A DNA stretch of 34,934 bases. It comes from Conidiobolus incongruus B7586. Its lineage: Eukaryota. Each line of letters opens with the position of its first letter. Position 1 is the stretch's first letter. A model generated the notes under the pieces. That model was not told the DNA's origin and ran no database searches. It saw nothing but the letters and a program-made list of their open reading frames with translations. This document shows positions 1-11,850 of the stretch, piece by piece. A program made the translations under genes and the position numbers. The stretch lies in NCBI GenBank assembly GCA_000697335.1, contig JNEM01009617.1, positions 1 through 34,934 of the forward strand, read 5' to 3'.

Positions 1-1129
1 AAAGCTATTAAAAATTATGGTAAGGATATATCTAAGCTTATGCTTAAATATACTAGGATTATAAATAAATATAATGAAAAGTATATTTATAGGTTAGTTA
101 GTATAAGTAAGTGTAATATTATTGTAAAAATACAAAAAAAATTATAAAACTATATAAAAATATTAATTAATACTAATACTATTATATATATTTTTTATTA
201 TAATAGATATTACTTATGTTTTAAAAAAAACACCCCTAATTAAAGAAGTTTTATCATAAGATTAAGTAAGAGTTTAAATATCACTATTAAAGTTAAATTA
301 AAATTAATTAAAATAAGGTTATTTAGTTTAATAAAACAAAAATATACCTTAGTAAATCTAATAAAAAAGCTAGATATTTTAGAAAAAAAAACTACTTTAT
401 AACCATTATGTTATTTTAACCCAAAAATATAATAATAGGTTGATTATAGTTTAAGGATATATGTTATCTTCTAGTATAGGGTATTTTTATAAAGTTGATA
501 AGGGAATTAATGTTGAAATATACTAAAATATTCTAAATATTAAATTAAAAAAACTATTGAATAATATAGATTAAATAAATTAAATGTAATTTTCTAACAA
601 GATAATACCCCTTGTTATATTATTATTTTTACTATTAAATAGTTTAAAAATAATAAAATAATAATTATAAAGTAATTTCCTCAATTCTTTAACTTTAATC
701 TAATTGAATATTTTTGGGATTAGTTAAAAAAAGTAAATAAAGCTTTCCCACCAATAAAAAATTTAAATGAACTTTAAGAATATATTTAAAAAGCTTAGAA
801 CAAAATTAATTTTTCTTAATATAAGAAATTAATTAACTTTATACCTTATAAACTTAAAAAAGTTAAGAAATTAAAAGATAGATATATTAAGTTTTAATTT
901 TCTTTTTATAACCAAAACACATAAATTTATAACTCACTTTAGGTAAAATTTAAATTTTAATATATTAACTAAAAGTTTATAAAATTAGATTAAATATACT
1001 TAATTATAAATAAATAATATAAGTTTATTATATATTTTAATTTAAATTAATTTGATTAAGAATTAATAAAGTTATTGATAATAATATATATAATTATAAT
1101 TTTATGACTCACTTTTATAGGCTAGTGTA
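1..1129 (+). mobile_element. Degenerate Tc1/mariner (DD34E) DNA transposon, 3' part with right terminal repeat; 5' end lies outside the window
   Basis: Transposase motifs become readable after reverting transitions. 315-341 aag gtt att tag ttt aat aaa aca aaa = KVI(W)(S)(D)(E)TK. 431-463 = (G)(G)(G)(S)I(M)V(W)G(C)M. 592-618 = F(Q)QDN(A)PC(H). 673-720 = (W)(P)PQ(S)(P)(D)(L)N(P)IE(H)(L)WD. D at 601 and E at 706 are in frame with 34 codons between. Ends ...GGCTAGTG|TA. Confidence 0.9.
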
Positions 1130-1250
1130 TTATAGTTAGGTAATATATTTTAATTATATATATTAGTTTAATTTAATAAAGGATTATATAAGTTATAAGT
1201 AAATATATATATGATTTTTATTTTATAACTTATTTTTATAGGCTAGTGTA
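1101..1250 (+). repeat. Two direct copies of a 29-bp transposon terminal motif (1101-1129 and 1222-1250), with a partial inner copy at 926-940
   Basis: tttatgactcacttttataggctagtgta vs tttataacttatttttataggctagtgta differ by 3 transitions; tttataactcacttt occurs at 926-940. Confidence 0.8.
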
Positions 1251-3113
1251 TATAATATAGTGATATAACTAATATTAAAATCCTTTGATAATTTTTTAAA
1301 TAAAATAAAATGATGTTTGTTAATATATTTTTTTAAATATTTATTAAATTTCATATAATTTATCATTAGTTTTGAAATAATTTAACTATTGATAAATAGT
1401 TAAATTAAATTAAATATCATTTTTAAAAGCTATTTGAAAATTTTAATTAATATTAAAAAACTTAAACTTTTATTAATATCAAAATACAAAACTTTTGATA
1501 ATTATTATTTAATTTAAATATATTAAAACCACCAAAAATATGGTGTGTATTTGGCTCCAGCAACCAAGAATAATATTCACCTATATTATTGAATAAATGT
1601 GAAATAAGAGTAGCAAAAATAATTTTATATTATAATTTATAACTTAAAAATTTTCCTATAATTAATATATAAAAAATATAATAAAGTATGGGATCAAATA
1701 TAATATCAAATTGTTAAAAGGAGCGTAGTCTTCAGTTATAATAATCTTGGGTGGAATCAATATAGCCCAACTCTATAGTTTCATCTTATAAGTGTTATTA
1801 CATAGTTGTTCTTTAAATTCAATACTAAAATAATTCTTTGTATAATTTATTATTCTTAAGTAAAAGATATTTTGCTCATGGTATCTCCTTAAATAAGATT
1901 GAGTATATACATGTGATAATGGTAAGCAGGATATTAATATAAATATGCAATATATTATATTATATATTTATATTTATACTATATTGTGACTAAAACCTGA
2001 TGTTCAATAAATCTCGAAAATTTGTGACAATTGAATTATTAAAGTAAAATAGACTGGGACATAATATAATTAAATTATATAATAAATTTTAAAAGTTGAT
2101 ATTTTATTGAAAAAAACAATATATATATAATTCAAAATTATTTATTTTTTATAAATTTTCCTAATTAAAATTAATAATATATTTAAAAATTTTACCATTT
2201 TTTTAATTTCATAGTAATAGTAATTTTAAAATAAAAATTAAATATCAATAACTTAAAATTTTCTTATATTATAATTTTGAATGATATTATATAAAAATAT
2301 GTTACAATAAATTAATATCCATATTACAGTTATATATAAATAAAGTTAATAATTTATAACTATTTTTTTAAAATTGAAATGTACTAATTATTATTATACT
2401 GGAAGTCATATTCAATTATAAGGAATGATTTTAATAAAAATTTATTAAACTATTGATCAATTTTATTTTATCATTCATTTATAATATATAATTTATTATA
2501 ATTAATATAAATTAAATTTTACTAAGAATTTTAAATAAAATATTATTTTTGAATTATTAAATTTTTAAAAAAAAGAGGGGGGGGGGAAAAATATCTTAAT
2601 TCAAGTTTAATATAAATTAGAAAAAATATATATTTATTTTAAACTAGATCCATTTCCACATTAAATAAATTTATACACTGATATGGATAAATTTGGAATT
2701 TTTCAGGGTATTATTGATAAAAGTTAGCAAGTTTGGTTGACCTTAAACTGATAAATCTGTTAATTGATTTTACTGATAGATTGTGGGCTTGATGACTTGG
2801 GTATATGGTGAGAAATGGATGGTTAATTTGGATTGATTGGATTATTTGTTAAACTAATAAATATTTGTACTGGGGCGATTATTAAAATTTTGGTACTTAA
2901 TACTAATAATTTTGAATCTATTAAAAATATTATTTGTAAACAATGTGTTAAATTAAGTGTACTGTATTGAAGGAATTCTTACAAGCGATATTTTAGCTTG
3001 CTAAGAATGAAATTTATTCATCATGCATTGTAAGATTATTTTAGATGTTATAACGAGAGCAAAAATGTAACTAAATTGTTGGGAAGATAGAGTACAAGAT
3101 GAAAATAATATGT

Positions 3114-4016
3114 TTAGTCCTTGAGACTTTGAGCAATTTCTCTGGATCGATTAACACAAGCATTAATACCTTGGGTAACAGCGTTGCCAAAGTTGGCTTT
3201 CTTAAAAGCTTCAATAGCAGCGTGCGTCGTGCCATTGGGACTGGTAACGTTCTTGCGAAGTTGCTCAGGGTCCTGTAACTTTTCAAAGTTCTCCCCAAAT
3301 AACATCTTGCCGCTTCCAATAGCTGTAGTAGCGGCAAGTGATCGAGCAACTTCTTTAGGAAGCCCCATCCTAACTGCTTCCTTTTCGATTAGCTCGATCA
3401 TATAGAAAAAGTATGCTGGACCAGATCCACTGACAGCAGTTACGACATCTAGGTGTTCTTCTTTGGTCAGCCAGAATAACCCCTTCGGAGCAGAGACAGA
3501 TTGTAATACAGCATTTACCAAGTTTTTGTGATGTTCTGTGACTGTCGAATCACCATATATGCCTATGGCACCAAAATTAACCAAACATGGAGTATTGGGC
3601 ATCGTTCTGACTAGAGGAATTTGAGAAGCTTTGCTTTGATCAGATACAGCAGCAAGCCATTTGCGATATGAACTCATCTGAACACCAGCAGCAACTGATA
3701 AAAGCAGTGGTTTGTTTTGTATAATTTCCTTACCAAGGTCACCTGTTAAAATCGTTTTCACAATATCAGGCTTAACAGCTAATACAACAGCATCTACAGG
3801 TTGGGATTCAATTGAAAAGGCGGGTTGTTTGTCAGATCTAATCCTGACGCCCAATTCCTTTTCCAAGGCTTCAGCTTTCTGTAAATCAGGTTCACATACA
3901 ACAATCTGACTGGGAGGCATATGCTGGCGAAGGCCACCAATGACAGCTCTAGCAACATTACCTCCACCAACGAAGCTGATTTTAGATTTTTGTAATAAAT
4001 TAGTAATTATTGACAT
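3114..4016 (-). CDS. PRO3: Pyrroline-5-carboxylate reductase, 300 aa, single exon
   Basis: Rossmann motif FVGGGNVA, plus LAVKP, SVAAG, RTMPNTP, TAVSGSGPAY and VTSPNGTT signatures. Confidence 0.96.
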   Translation of the reverse strand: MSIITNLLQKSKISFVGGGNVARAVIGGLRQHMPPSQIVVCEPDLQKAEALEKELGVRIRSDKQPAFSIESQPVDAVVLAVKPDIVKTILTGDLGKEIIQNKPLLLSVAAGVQMSSYRKWLAAVSDQSKASQIPLVRTMPNTPCLVNFGAIGIYGDSTVTEHHKNLVNAVLQSVSAPKGLFWLTKEEHLDVVTAVSGSGPAYFFYMIELIEKEAVRMGLPKEVARSLAATTAIGSGKMLFGENFEKLQDPEQLRKNVTSPNGTTHAAIEAFKKANFGNAVTQGINACVNRSREIAQSLKD

Positions 4017-7000
4017 TGTTTTCTTGAGTTATGAATTTTAATATATTTTATAAATGTATATGTTTTGAGTGGATTAGACATTGTTTAAATAGATTTCAGA
4101 AATCAATCATATGAAGTCATCCAGAGTTATGGGATGAACCCTGAGGATAGATTATTTGAGGGTTATTAACTAAATGGAGGGTTTAAAACATACGTAATTT
4201 TATCAATTCAAGATCATATGTCAATCAATAACCTCCATATTAATTAATATAGATTAATATGATATATTGATGATATGGCAATCTAGTTATATTGATCAAT
4301 GCTAGATAAATATCTTCAAATTGATCATACCGACCCTTAAAATAAATTTATTTACTAATTGACAATCTTTCAAAGATCCTCAATATACAACGTACCTACA
4401 ATTTCCTTTTAATCTAACTAAAACGAACCGAGGTGATATCATTTCGAATCTTTTAATTGAATTAAATGTGTATTTGATTAAGTTTTGCAACCCGAAATTC
4501 CCCAATTGATTAACTATTTTATCCATTTAATTCGTTTTTATTTCATTAAACTTAATAGATTTCATTTAATTACTTATTTATAAAATTTAATGAAGTAAAT
4601 TTTAATCAAATCAAGTCACTATTATTTCATCAGGATAGAATTATTACAGCCATTGCTTCTGATGATGTAAGCTGTGCTTCTTTCACCACGTTGAATCTGT
4701 TTAATGACAACATTGGATAATATTTAATATTTTAGCATTAATTGTGACCTATAGTAAAATTCTCTCCAAACCTTTTTTTATTTTATTATGGATAATAGCT
4801 AGTCTGCCGATTTTATCCGTATAAAATAAATTTTAACATTACAGCTATCAAGTCGAATTGATATTTTGAACCATTAATCAATTTATGTCCTTTTAGTTTC
4901 ATTACTACACTGTTTCAAATCTCTTGCCAATAATTATGATACTATATTAATATTGTCAAACTTAAAAATAATTTTCATGGTTTCTAATTGAATATTAAAT
5001 CTAAATTAATATATTTAATATTTCGTAAATTTTAGGAATCCTTTCAAGTGGATTATATATTTCGGAAACAAGTATGAATTATTTTTTTAAATATCTGTAT
5101 CATTAAATTTAAATATATTTTTTTAAACAATAAAATTAATTTAATTTTATTATTAAAATCAATAATTGAAATAAATTAGAAAAAAAAACTGAAAAATTGA
5201 TTATTACTGAATATTAAAACCTGTAGTTTAATTTATATTTTAAATCATATATAATGAAGCTATATTACTGTAAATTTTCCAATTAATTAAAATTTTAAAA
5301 TTTTTTTTTAAAATTTAATGAATATAGACAATTTTGGTATTAGAACTATTGAAAAATTTTCACAAATTTTGTGTATAGCGAATTTTTAAAATGATGACTT
5401 ATTAATTTAAAATTACAATTGCGAAATTAATACTTCTAATTTACATTGGAAACTATTCAATTAAAACAAATTACTTTTATATAGTAAATATATATTTATC
5501 AATATCTAATAATTTCTAAATATGAAAATTAATATATTTGAAAATTTTATTCAAAAGAATTATTCATAGATTAAAATGATACTTTTCAAAATTTATCAGA
5601 TCACTTAGATTCAATTTTTGTATTATTTTTGTAAGATTTTGTTCAAGAAATAATATTAAAAACTATTTCATAATTTATATATTAATTATTAATTTACTTT
5701 AATATTCACTGATCTTTCAGTGTAAAATTATTCGAATTATTTTCATGATCTTTAAAATTTGTTAAAAAATGGAGGATTTAGTAATCTATTAGAATATTAC
5801 TAAACCTATGATATAAAGAAATAAAAAGATTAAGCAAAAATGTTCATTATACTGGATTTAAATAATTTTTTAATTATATAAAAAAGATTATCAACTGATC
5901 GAATTATTTGAACTTGAATATCTATCTATATATTGAGTTAAATATTTTTTCTTTGAATAAAAAACTAATTCCAAAATATTTAACCATAACGGGTAATTGC
6001 TATATAGTAACCTTGAAAATTGCATAAATGTAAAAATAATCATGTTTTTATTTCATACTTTATGAATTTATCCTACACTATTATCATATTTATGAGTTAT
6101 CAGCATAAAGCGGGGTATAATCAGAATATTTGATGATTTTGAAAGAGATACTAAGTTGAATTCATATGATTGGATAATAAAATCGGGAAAACAACCAATC
6201 AAATCAAAAGAGAAACAATTTATTGTATATTCAACTATCAAAACTTATCAAACAATAAACCTAAGACCATATGAAAACAACTTCTGATATCATTCTAAAG
6301 ATTTTTTTTTCGAATCATATGATACTTCAAATCTTCGCTAAATTTTCAAGAATTCATCATTTTTAAAGGCATCCATTGAAAAATAACTAATAAGAAAACC
6401 GAATTTCGTTAATAATGAAAACACACATATTGTAAAGGAAAATTTTGATCTATTAATAATTATTCTATCCACTTGAAGAAGGGTTAGAGTATAGTTGTTA
6501 AGTCATATGACTATTTCGATTTTTTTCAGAGAATAATAAAATTATTAAAACTGTTAAAATTGTTGATTTTGAGGAATATAATAATTGTATAGTTGATTAA
6601 TTATTCAAATATAATATATATTATCGAAATTATTTATGGAATAATTTGATTATTTGTATAATACTTTATATTAGTTAAGTATAATTTTAATCAATATCAA
6701 TTAAAACTGGATGATAAAACTATGATAGTCTATCAAATAGGATGACTAAAGGTAATTTGGATCAATATTTATTTTACATATATCATATTTTTCATCGCTT
6801 CATAAGTAATGGCAATAATGAGAATTTGAAATTTCAAGAATTCAATTTACAAAGATTTAAATTAATTATACAAAAATTATATTATTACTAACAATTATCA
6901 TTAATAATAGGATAGAATGTATATTGTATTTTGAATTCAGTTTTAGCTAGTAATGTTCTACTTAATATAAAAATTAACTCAATCCATCGATATATCTTAA

Positions 7001-8419
7001 GCCCTAAGCGGAATTTTGATAGAATTACATGAACAATGTCTATGAGAATTGTATTACAATGACTTACGCTTTTAGTCAGTAACATTTTATTAACACGGCT
7101 ATTATTTCAATTGTTTCCAAAATATCTACTGTTTCTAACAAATTTAATACAATCAATATTAATACATGATTTCAATCTTTATTATTCATTCTGATATATC
7201 AAACAATCAACCAATATTAGTGATATAAATACCAAATATTATAAAATATGATTGAATGGTAAACAAATCAATAATCATGATAAACATCACAGTATCAAAG
7301 CCAGATCATTATAATAATTTCATCCTTATTACAAACTCAAAATTCATTTTGTTTTAACGTATTACTAAACTATAATCTCTAAAAGTATAACAATTTTATA
7401 TTATATTTCGATAATAAATATGTGAAAATTATTACAATACAAATGATATTCATATTAATATAAGTAGCAAATTTTAATTTAATTTTTTTTGTATTATATA
7501 TTAACTTTCAAATTATTTATATTCATTTTAACTTATTTGGAACTATTAAATTAGTAAAAAATATTTCTATATGTAGATTTAAATCAAATCATTTTTTAAT
7601 ACATAAATTTAAGTATATTTTTAGAATTTAACTATTTTTAGTAATTTGATATTCAAGTAAAATAAAAAAATATTGTATAATTTCAAATAATGTCCTTTAT
7701 ATAAAATATTTTAAAATATTTTATATTATAATATTAAATTAATTTCAAAGGAATAATGTTAGTTAAAAATATATTAACAATTAAGATATTTATCTATATA
7801 GACAATTCAAAAAAGGACCTCAAAATTGATTATTGAATATGCATGAATTAATATAAATATTGAATATAATATATTGGTTTAAAAACATTATTAAACACTG
7901 ATAAAATCAATATGAATTATGAATTTTAAATATTACAATTTACTAACCGAATATTTGTATTTCAATTATAATCGAGAATTAATTTTATCAAAGTTTGATC
8001 TTCTTTTGTTGTTAAATCTCGATTGAGCTATACAAAAACAAATCATATTGAACGATACAAGCTCTAAAGTTATACTATAATTCGAAATTCATTTTGATAA
8101 AAAAAGGATCTTTAAGCACATTGAGTTCCGTTCTTATTCAGTTTGAACATAGAATGATCTGATTTTCTGATGAACTGAAATTGGCCAAATAAAATACGAA
8201 AATACTAGATCATTTCTCTCTGTGCCACTACAATTGATCAAAATAGGCTCACTCCACTCATTTCCTTATCCAATCGAAATAAAAAATATTGGTTGAATTT
8301 GAGAGTGACAATTTAATTCAAGAAGTGGAGTTCTAGTTTATAAGAAAAGTATAAATTCGAATGATATAATTGCTACTTGATTTTATAACTAAATAATATT
8401 AAATAATATACAAAATAAA

Positions 8420-9450
8420 ATGACTTCAACTAGAACTGCTGAATTCCCTGTTGACAGCGAAGGACGTGTCCACCACGTTGGTGTCAAGCCTGGTGACGTT
8501 GCCAACCGTGTCATCACTGTTGGTGATCCCGCTAGAGCTTACAAATTGGCTCAATATTTAGACGAACCCAAGGAAAAGCTTTTAATTGTTAGCTCCAGCA
8601 GAGGTTTCTTGACTATCACCGGTCACTTTAACCAAGTCCCTGTTTCTATTGTTGCTATTGGTATGGTAAGTAGTATTCAAAATGAATCTAAATTATCATT
8701 ATTTAATTTCGAAATTATTTCATTTAGGGTGTCTCTATGATGGACTTCTTCGTTAGAGAAGTACGCTCTGTTGTTGAAGGACCCATGTTAATTGTTCGTT
8801 TTGGTTCTTGTGGTGGTATTGGTCCCGATGCTACTATTGGTGCCTTGACTTTAGCTTCTGAATCTGCTTTCTGCTACAGAAATTACGATCACTTCTGTAA
8901 CCCTGAACAAACTCAACCCTATTTCTTATCTCAACCTATTAAGGGTGATGAAGCTTATGAACAAGAGGTAAGTTATTCATATAATAAGGTATATTGGATA
9001 TTATTAATTGTGTTTTTTAGTTTAGAAAGGTTGTTGGTGATGAAATCAAGTTAGTTTCTGGTTTAAATGTTACTTGTGATTCTTTCTATGGCAGTCAAGG
9101 TATGTTTCATCCAATCACCTTCAATAATTCTATATATTAAATGAATCAAACTAATATAACTATTTAATTATTTTATAGGAAGACCCGATCCCAACTTTTC
9201 CGATAACAATGCCAACCAAGTTGATTGGATCAAGAGCGTCTACCCTCAAGCTATCAGTTTAGAAATGGAAAGTTATATGCTTTACCACTTGGGACACTGC
9301 GCCTTAGCCAAGGATGTTAGAACCTTCGCCTTCCATATGGTTTTCGCCAACCGTTTGACCAATGTCTTTATTGAAGATTCAGTTAGAGATGAATTAGAGC
9401 CTAAAGTTTCCAAGTTCGCTTTACAAGCTTTAGCCAACACTCAATTATAA
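8420..9450 (+). CDS. Uridine/purine nucleoside phosphorylase (PNP_UDP_1 family), ~278 aa; exons 8420-8665, 8728-8967, 9021-9099, 9179-9450
   Basis: Motifs GRVHHVGVKPGDVANRVITVGDPARA, IGMG, RFGSCGGI, DSFYGSQGR and LEMESY; the GT-AG introns keep the frame (837 nt). Confidence 0.9.
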
Positions 9451-10074
9451 GTGTGTGTATTATATCTTCAAAGTTTTGATTAAAAGTGTTGAATAATCAA
9501 TACAATATTTATTTCTAGATCTCTTTTCCAGAGTTTAGGTTTATTCTTAGTTAAGTTAATTTTAACCAAATATATATATATATATATATATTTAATTTTT
9601 TATAATAATTTATTTAAAAATATTTTAATTTGATTGATAATAACAAATAGATAATGCTATAGAATGTAGTAAATAAATGCCAGTATATATATTTAAAATA
9701 TTTTATTAATTAGTGCATTTTTATCATATTTTGCAAATTTTTGACATATAAGAAAATTCTGGAATACCGTTGCTTTTGTTATCTATAGTCAATTTTGGTA
9801 ATCAAACAAAGAAATGAAATATATAAATTTTGGAGAAAATTTTTTCTTGATTAGAAATAGTGTTAATAAATTGATAGTATTTGAATATAAATTGCCAAGT
9901 AGAGATAGTCATTAAAGTATTAAAATAAAAAAATTTAATCATATAATAGATATTAATTTATTTGAAGAAAATGATTATATTCATATATTAAAAAAGAGAA
10001 AAATATTTTAATGATTTCATTAAATTCAAATTTTATTGAGAATTATTTTAGTAATATTGCAGCTCTCAGTGGCA

Positions 10075-10908
10075 TTACCATTTAAATAATGATCTATTAG
10101 GAGTTATCACCAGTCTATAACCTGCGCAACTAGAACTGCACTGTACACTGGTAGGTAAACTACTAATAAACAGAAATAGGTTAAGAACAAATATGAGGTT
10201 TATTGTATGTTGCAGATAACAACAAGTTGAAGCTTAGTTATTGTGCCAAAAATGGTATTTAAACAATAATACCAGCAATTAGATAAAGTCATATTCATGT
10301 GGTATGATTCTATTGGTAGAATGTTATGAAACTTAGGAGAAATGGGGTCAGATCTATCACATATATGTCACGGTTATTAGCTCTTTGAGAGTCATCGAGG
10401 ATACTAGCATGGCCATTGTGTAAGCCAGATTGTGAAGCATTGTGCCTACAAACTGAGGTAGACTACTGATGATCAGTTCCCTGGCTATCCGACTATGATT
10501 ACTGTTGAATGGGGCATTAAAGAGGGCGACTAAATCAGCAGTAGCAGTGGCAATGTGTGGATTTGACATGCTAAGAAGGCAAAATCACAGAATATCAATA
10601 GGAATAGATGCAGAACAGCTAATGGAATATGTCTCAAGTGAAGCTATAAGTGGCTCCTTGAGTATGTTTGAGAGTAGGTCTTCAATAGGGAAGTAAGGTT
10701 TATTTGTAGAGTAGAATAGAAAGTCCTCTTTGGGACTGAGTGGAAAGTGTTGACATAAATAGGCTATCACGGATCAAAAGCGTGGTCATGTAGATATTGA
10801 GATATCAAGGGTTTAGAGCCATATTCATAACTGGTTGAGATGATTTATATGGCTTAATTAGGATGATCGGTGATTTGATAGTGATTCTGAGTGAGAGAAG
10901 GTATCCAT
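10075..10908 (-). pseudogene. Decayed single-frame coding relic with many in-frame stops; possibly the post-RT C-terminal part of a non-LTR retrotransposon ORF2
   Basis: ORF fragments 10585-10770 and 10357-10569 and an ATG at 10908 share one frame. The block is GC-richer than its flanks and CpG-poor. Identity is not established. Confidence 0.5.
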
Positions 10909-10936
10909 TAGATAACAATTGTCACAATATAATTAA

Positions 10937-11008
10937 TCCGATATGGTCCAGTGGTTAGGATTTCTCGCTTTCACCGAGACGGCCAGGGTTCGATTCCCTG
11001 TATCGGAG
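10937..11008 (+). tRNA. tRNA-Glu (TTC), 72 nt, intronless
   Basis: Acceptor TCCGATA/TATCGGA; anticodon arm CTCG-CT-TTC-AC-CGAG; T arm CAGGG-TTCGATT-CCCTG. Confidence 0.97.
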
Positions 11009-11850
11009 TATAGATCCAATGTTATTGTCAACTAATACTTTTATAAATATTTTATACTTTCATTTTTGATTTTATTTCTAAATGCGCTATTTATTCCTAT
11101 ATTTCTTATCCAACATATTTTTTTAAAGAAATTGCATTTGAATTTTATATCAGGCTAAAAATGATTTTATTAAAGCAAATATTTATATCCTATTTGAATA
11201 TATCTAGATTACTTTTAAAAGGTGAAAATCATTGACTTTAAAATATACTAATTTTCAATTTAATTAATAATATATTAATTAAAGCCAGAGATCGAGATAA
11301 AAAGTGCTATAGAAATAATTGTATATATATATATATTAATAGTGATTATTGGTATATGGTAAGTAGTAGGTTGAAATAATAAAATATATAAATAGTAAGG
11401 TTAAGACATATCAAAAAGTGAATTTAAAATCAATATGTTTGTAAAGTTCCAATAAATATATTATATAAATTAAAAAAAATTTATCAAATATCAAACAGTA
11501 TCTAGATAATATTTCTCAACAAAACCGGGAGAAAATATAGTTACCTAGTATATGAATTGCGCAATCATTACTAGAATCCTCTGCAATTACTATTTATTAG
11601 CAAAAATATAAACATTACAAAGCAAATTATTTAGCTATAAAAATAGATTACCAAAATATGTACAAAAACTGATTTTAGTTGAATATTTTAATTAATAATG
11701 TACTATAAAACATTATACTTAAACTAAAAATTTGATTTAATTAATAATATTTAAATAATAATTGGAATTTATATCCTTTGATAAATGTCCTAAAAGTAAA
11801 AAACAAGACCTCAGATTAAAAATGAGTAAAATATAATTGAAATAAACCAA

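Noticed and set aside
1378..1407. 13-bp inverted repeat taatttaactatt-gata-aatagttaaatta
   Set aside because: Nearly all A/T in very AT-rich DNA, so plausible by chance; no associated element.
2567..2591. Polypurine run A8-GA-G10-A5 as a possible LTR polypurine tract
   Set aside because: No recognisable LTR or pol remnant next to it.
3071..3909. Small ORFs overlapping PRO3 (3071-3349, 3184-3405, 3712-3909)
   Set aside because: Alternative-frame or antisense shadows of a well-supported gene.
6860..7350. 65-aa minus-strand ORF and hydrophobic-looking neighbouring frames
   Set aside because: No motif; AT-rich DNA translates to hydrophobic residues by default.
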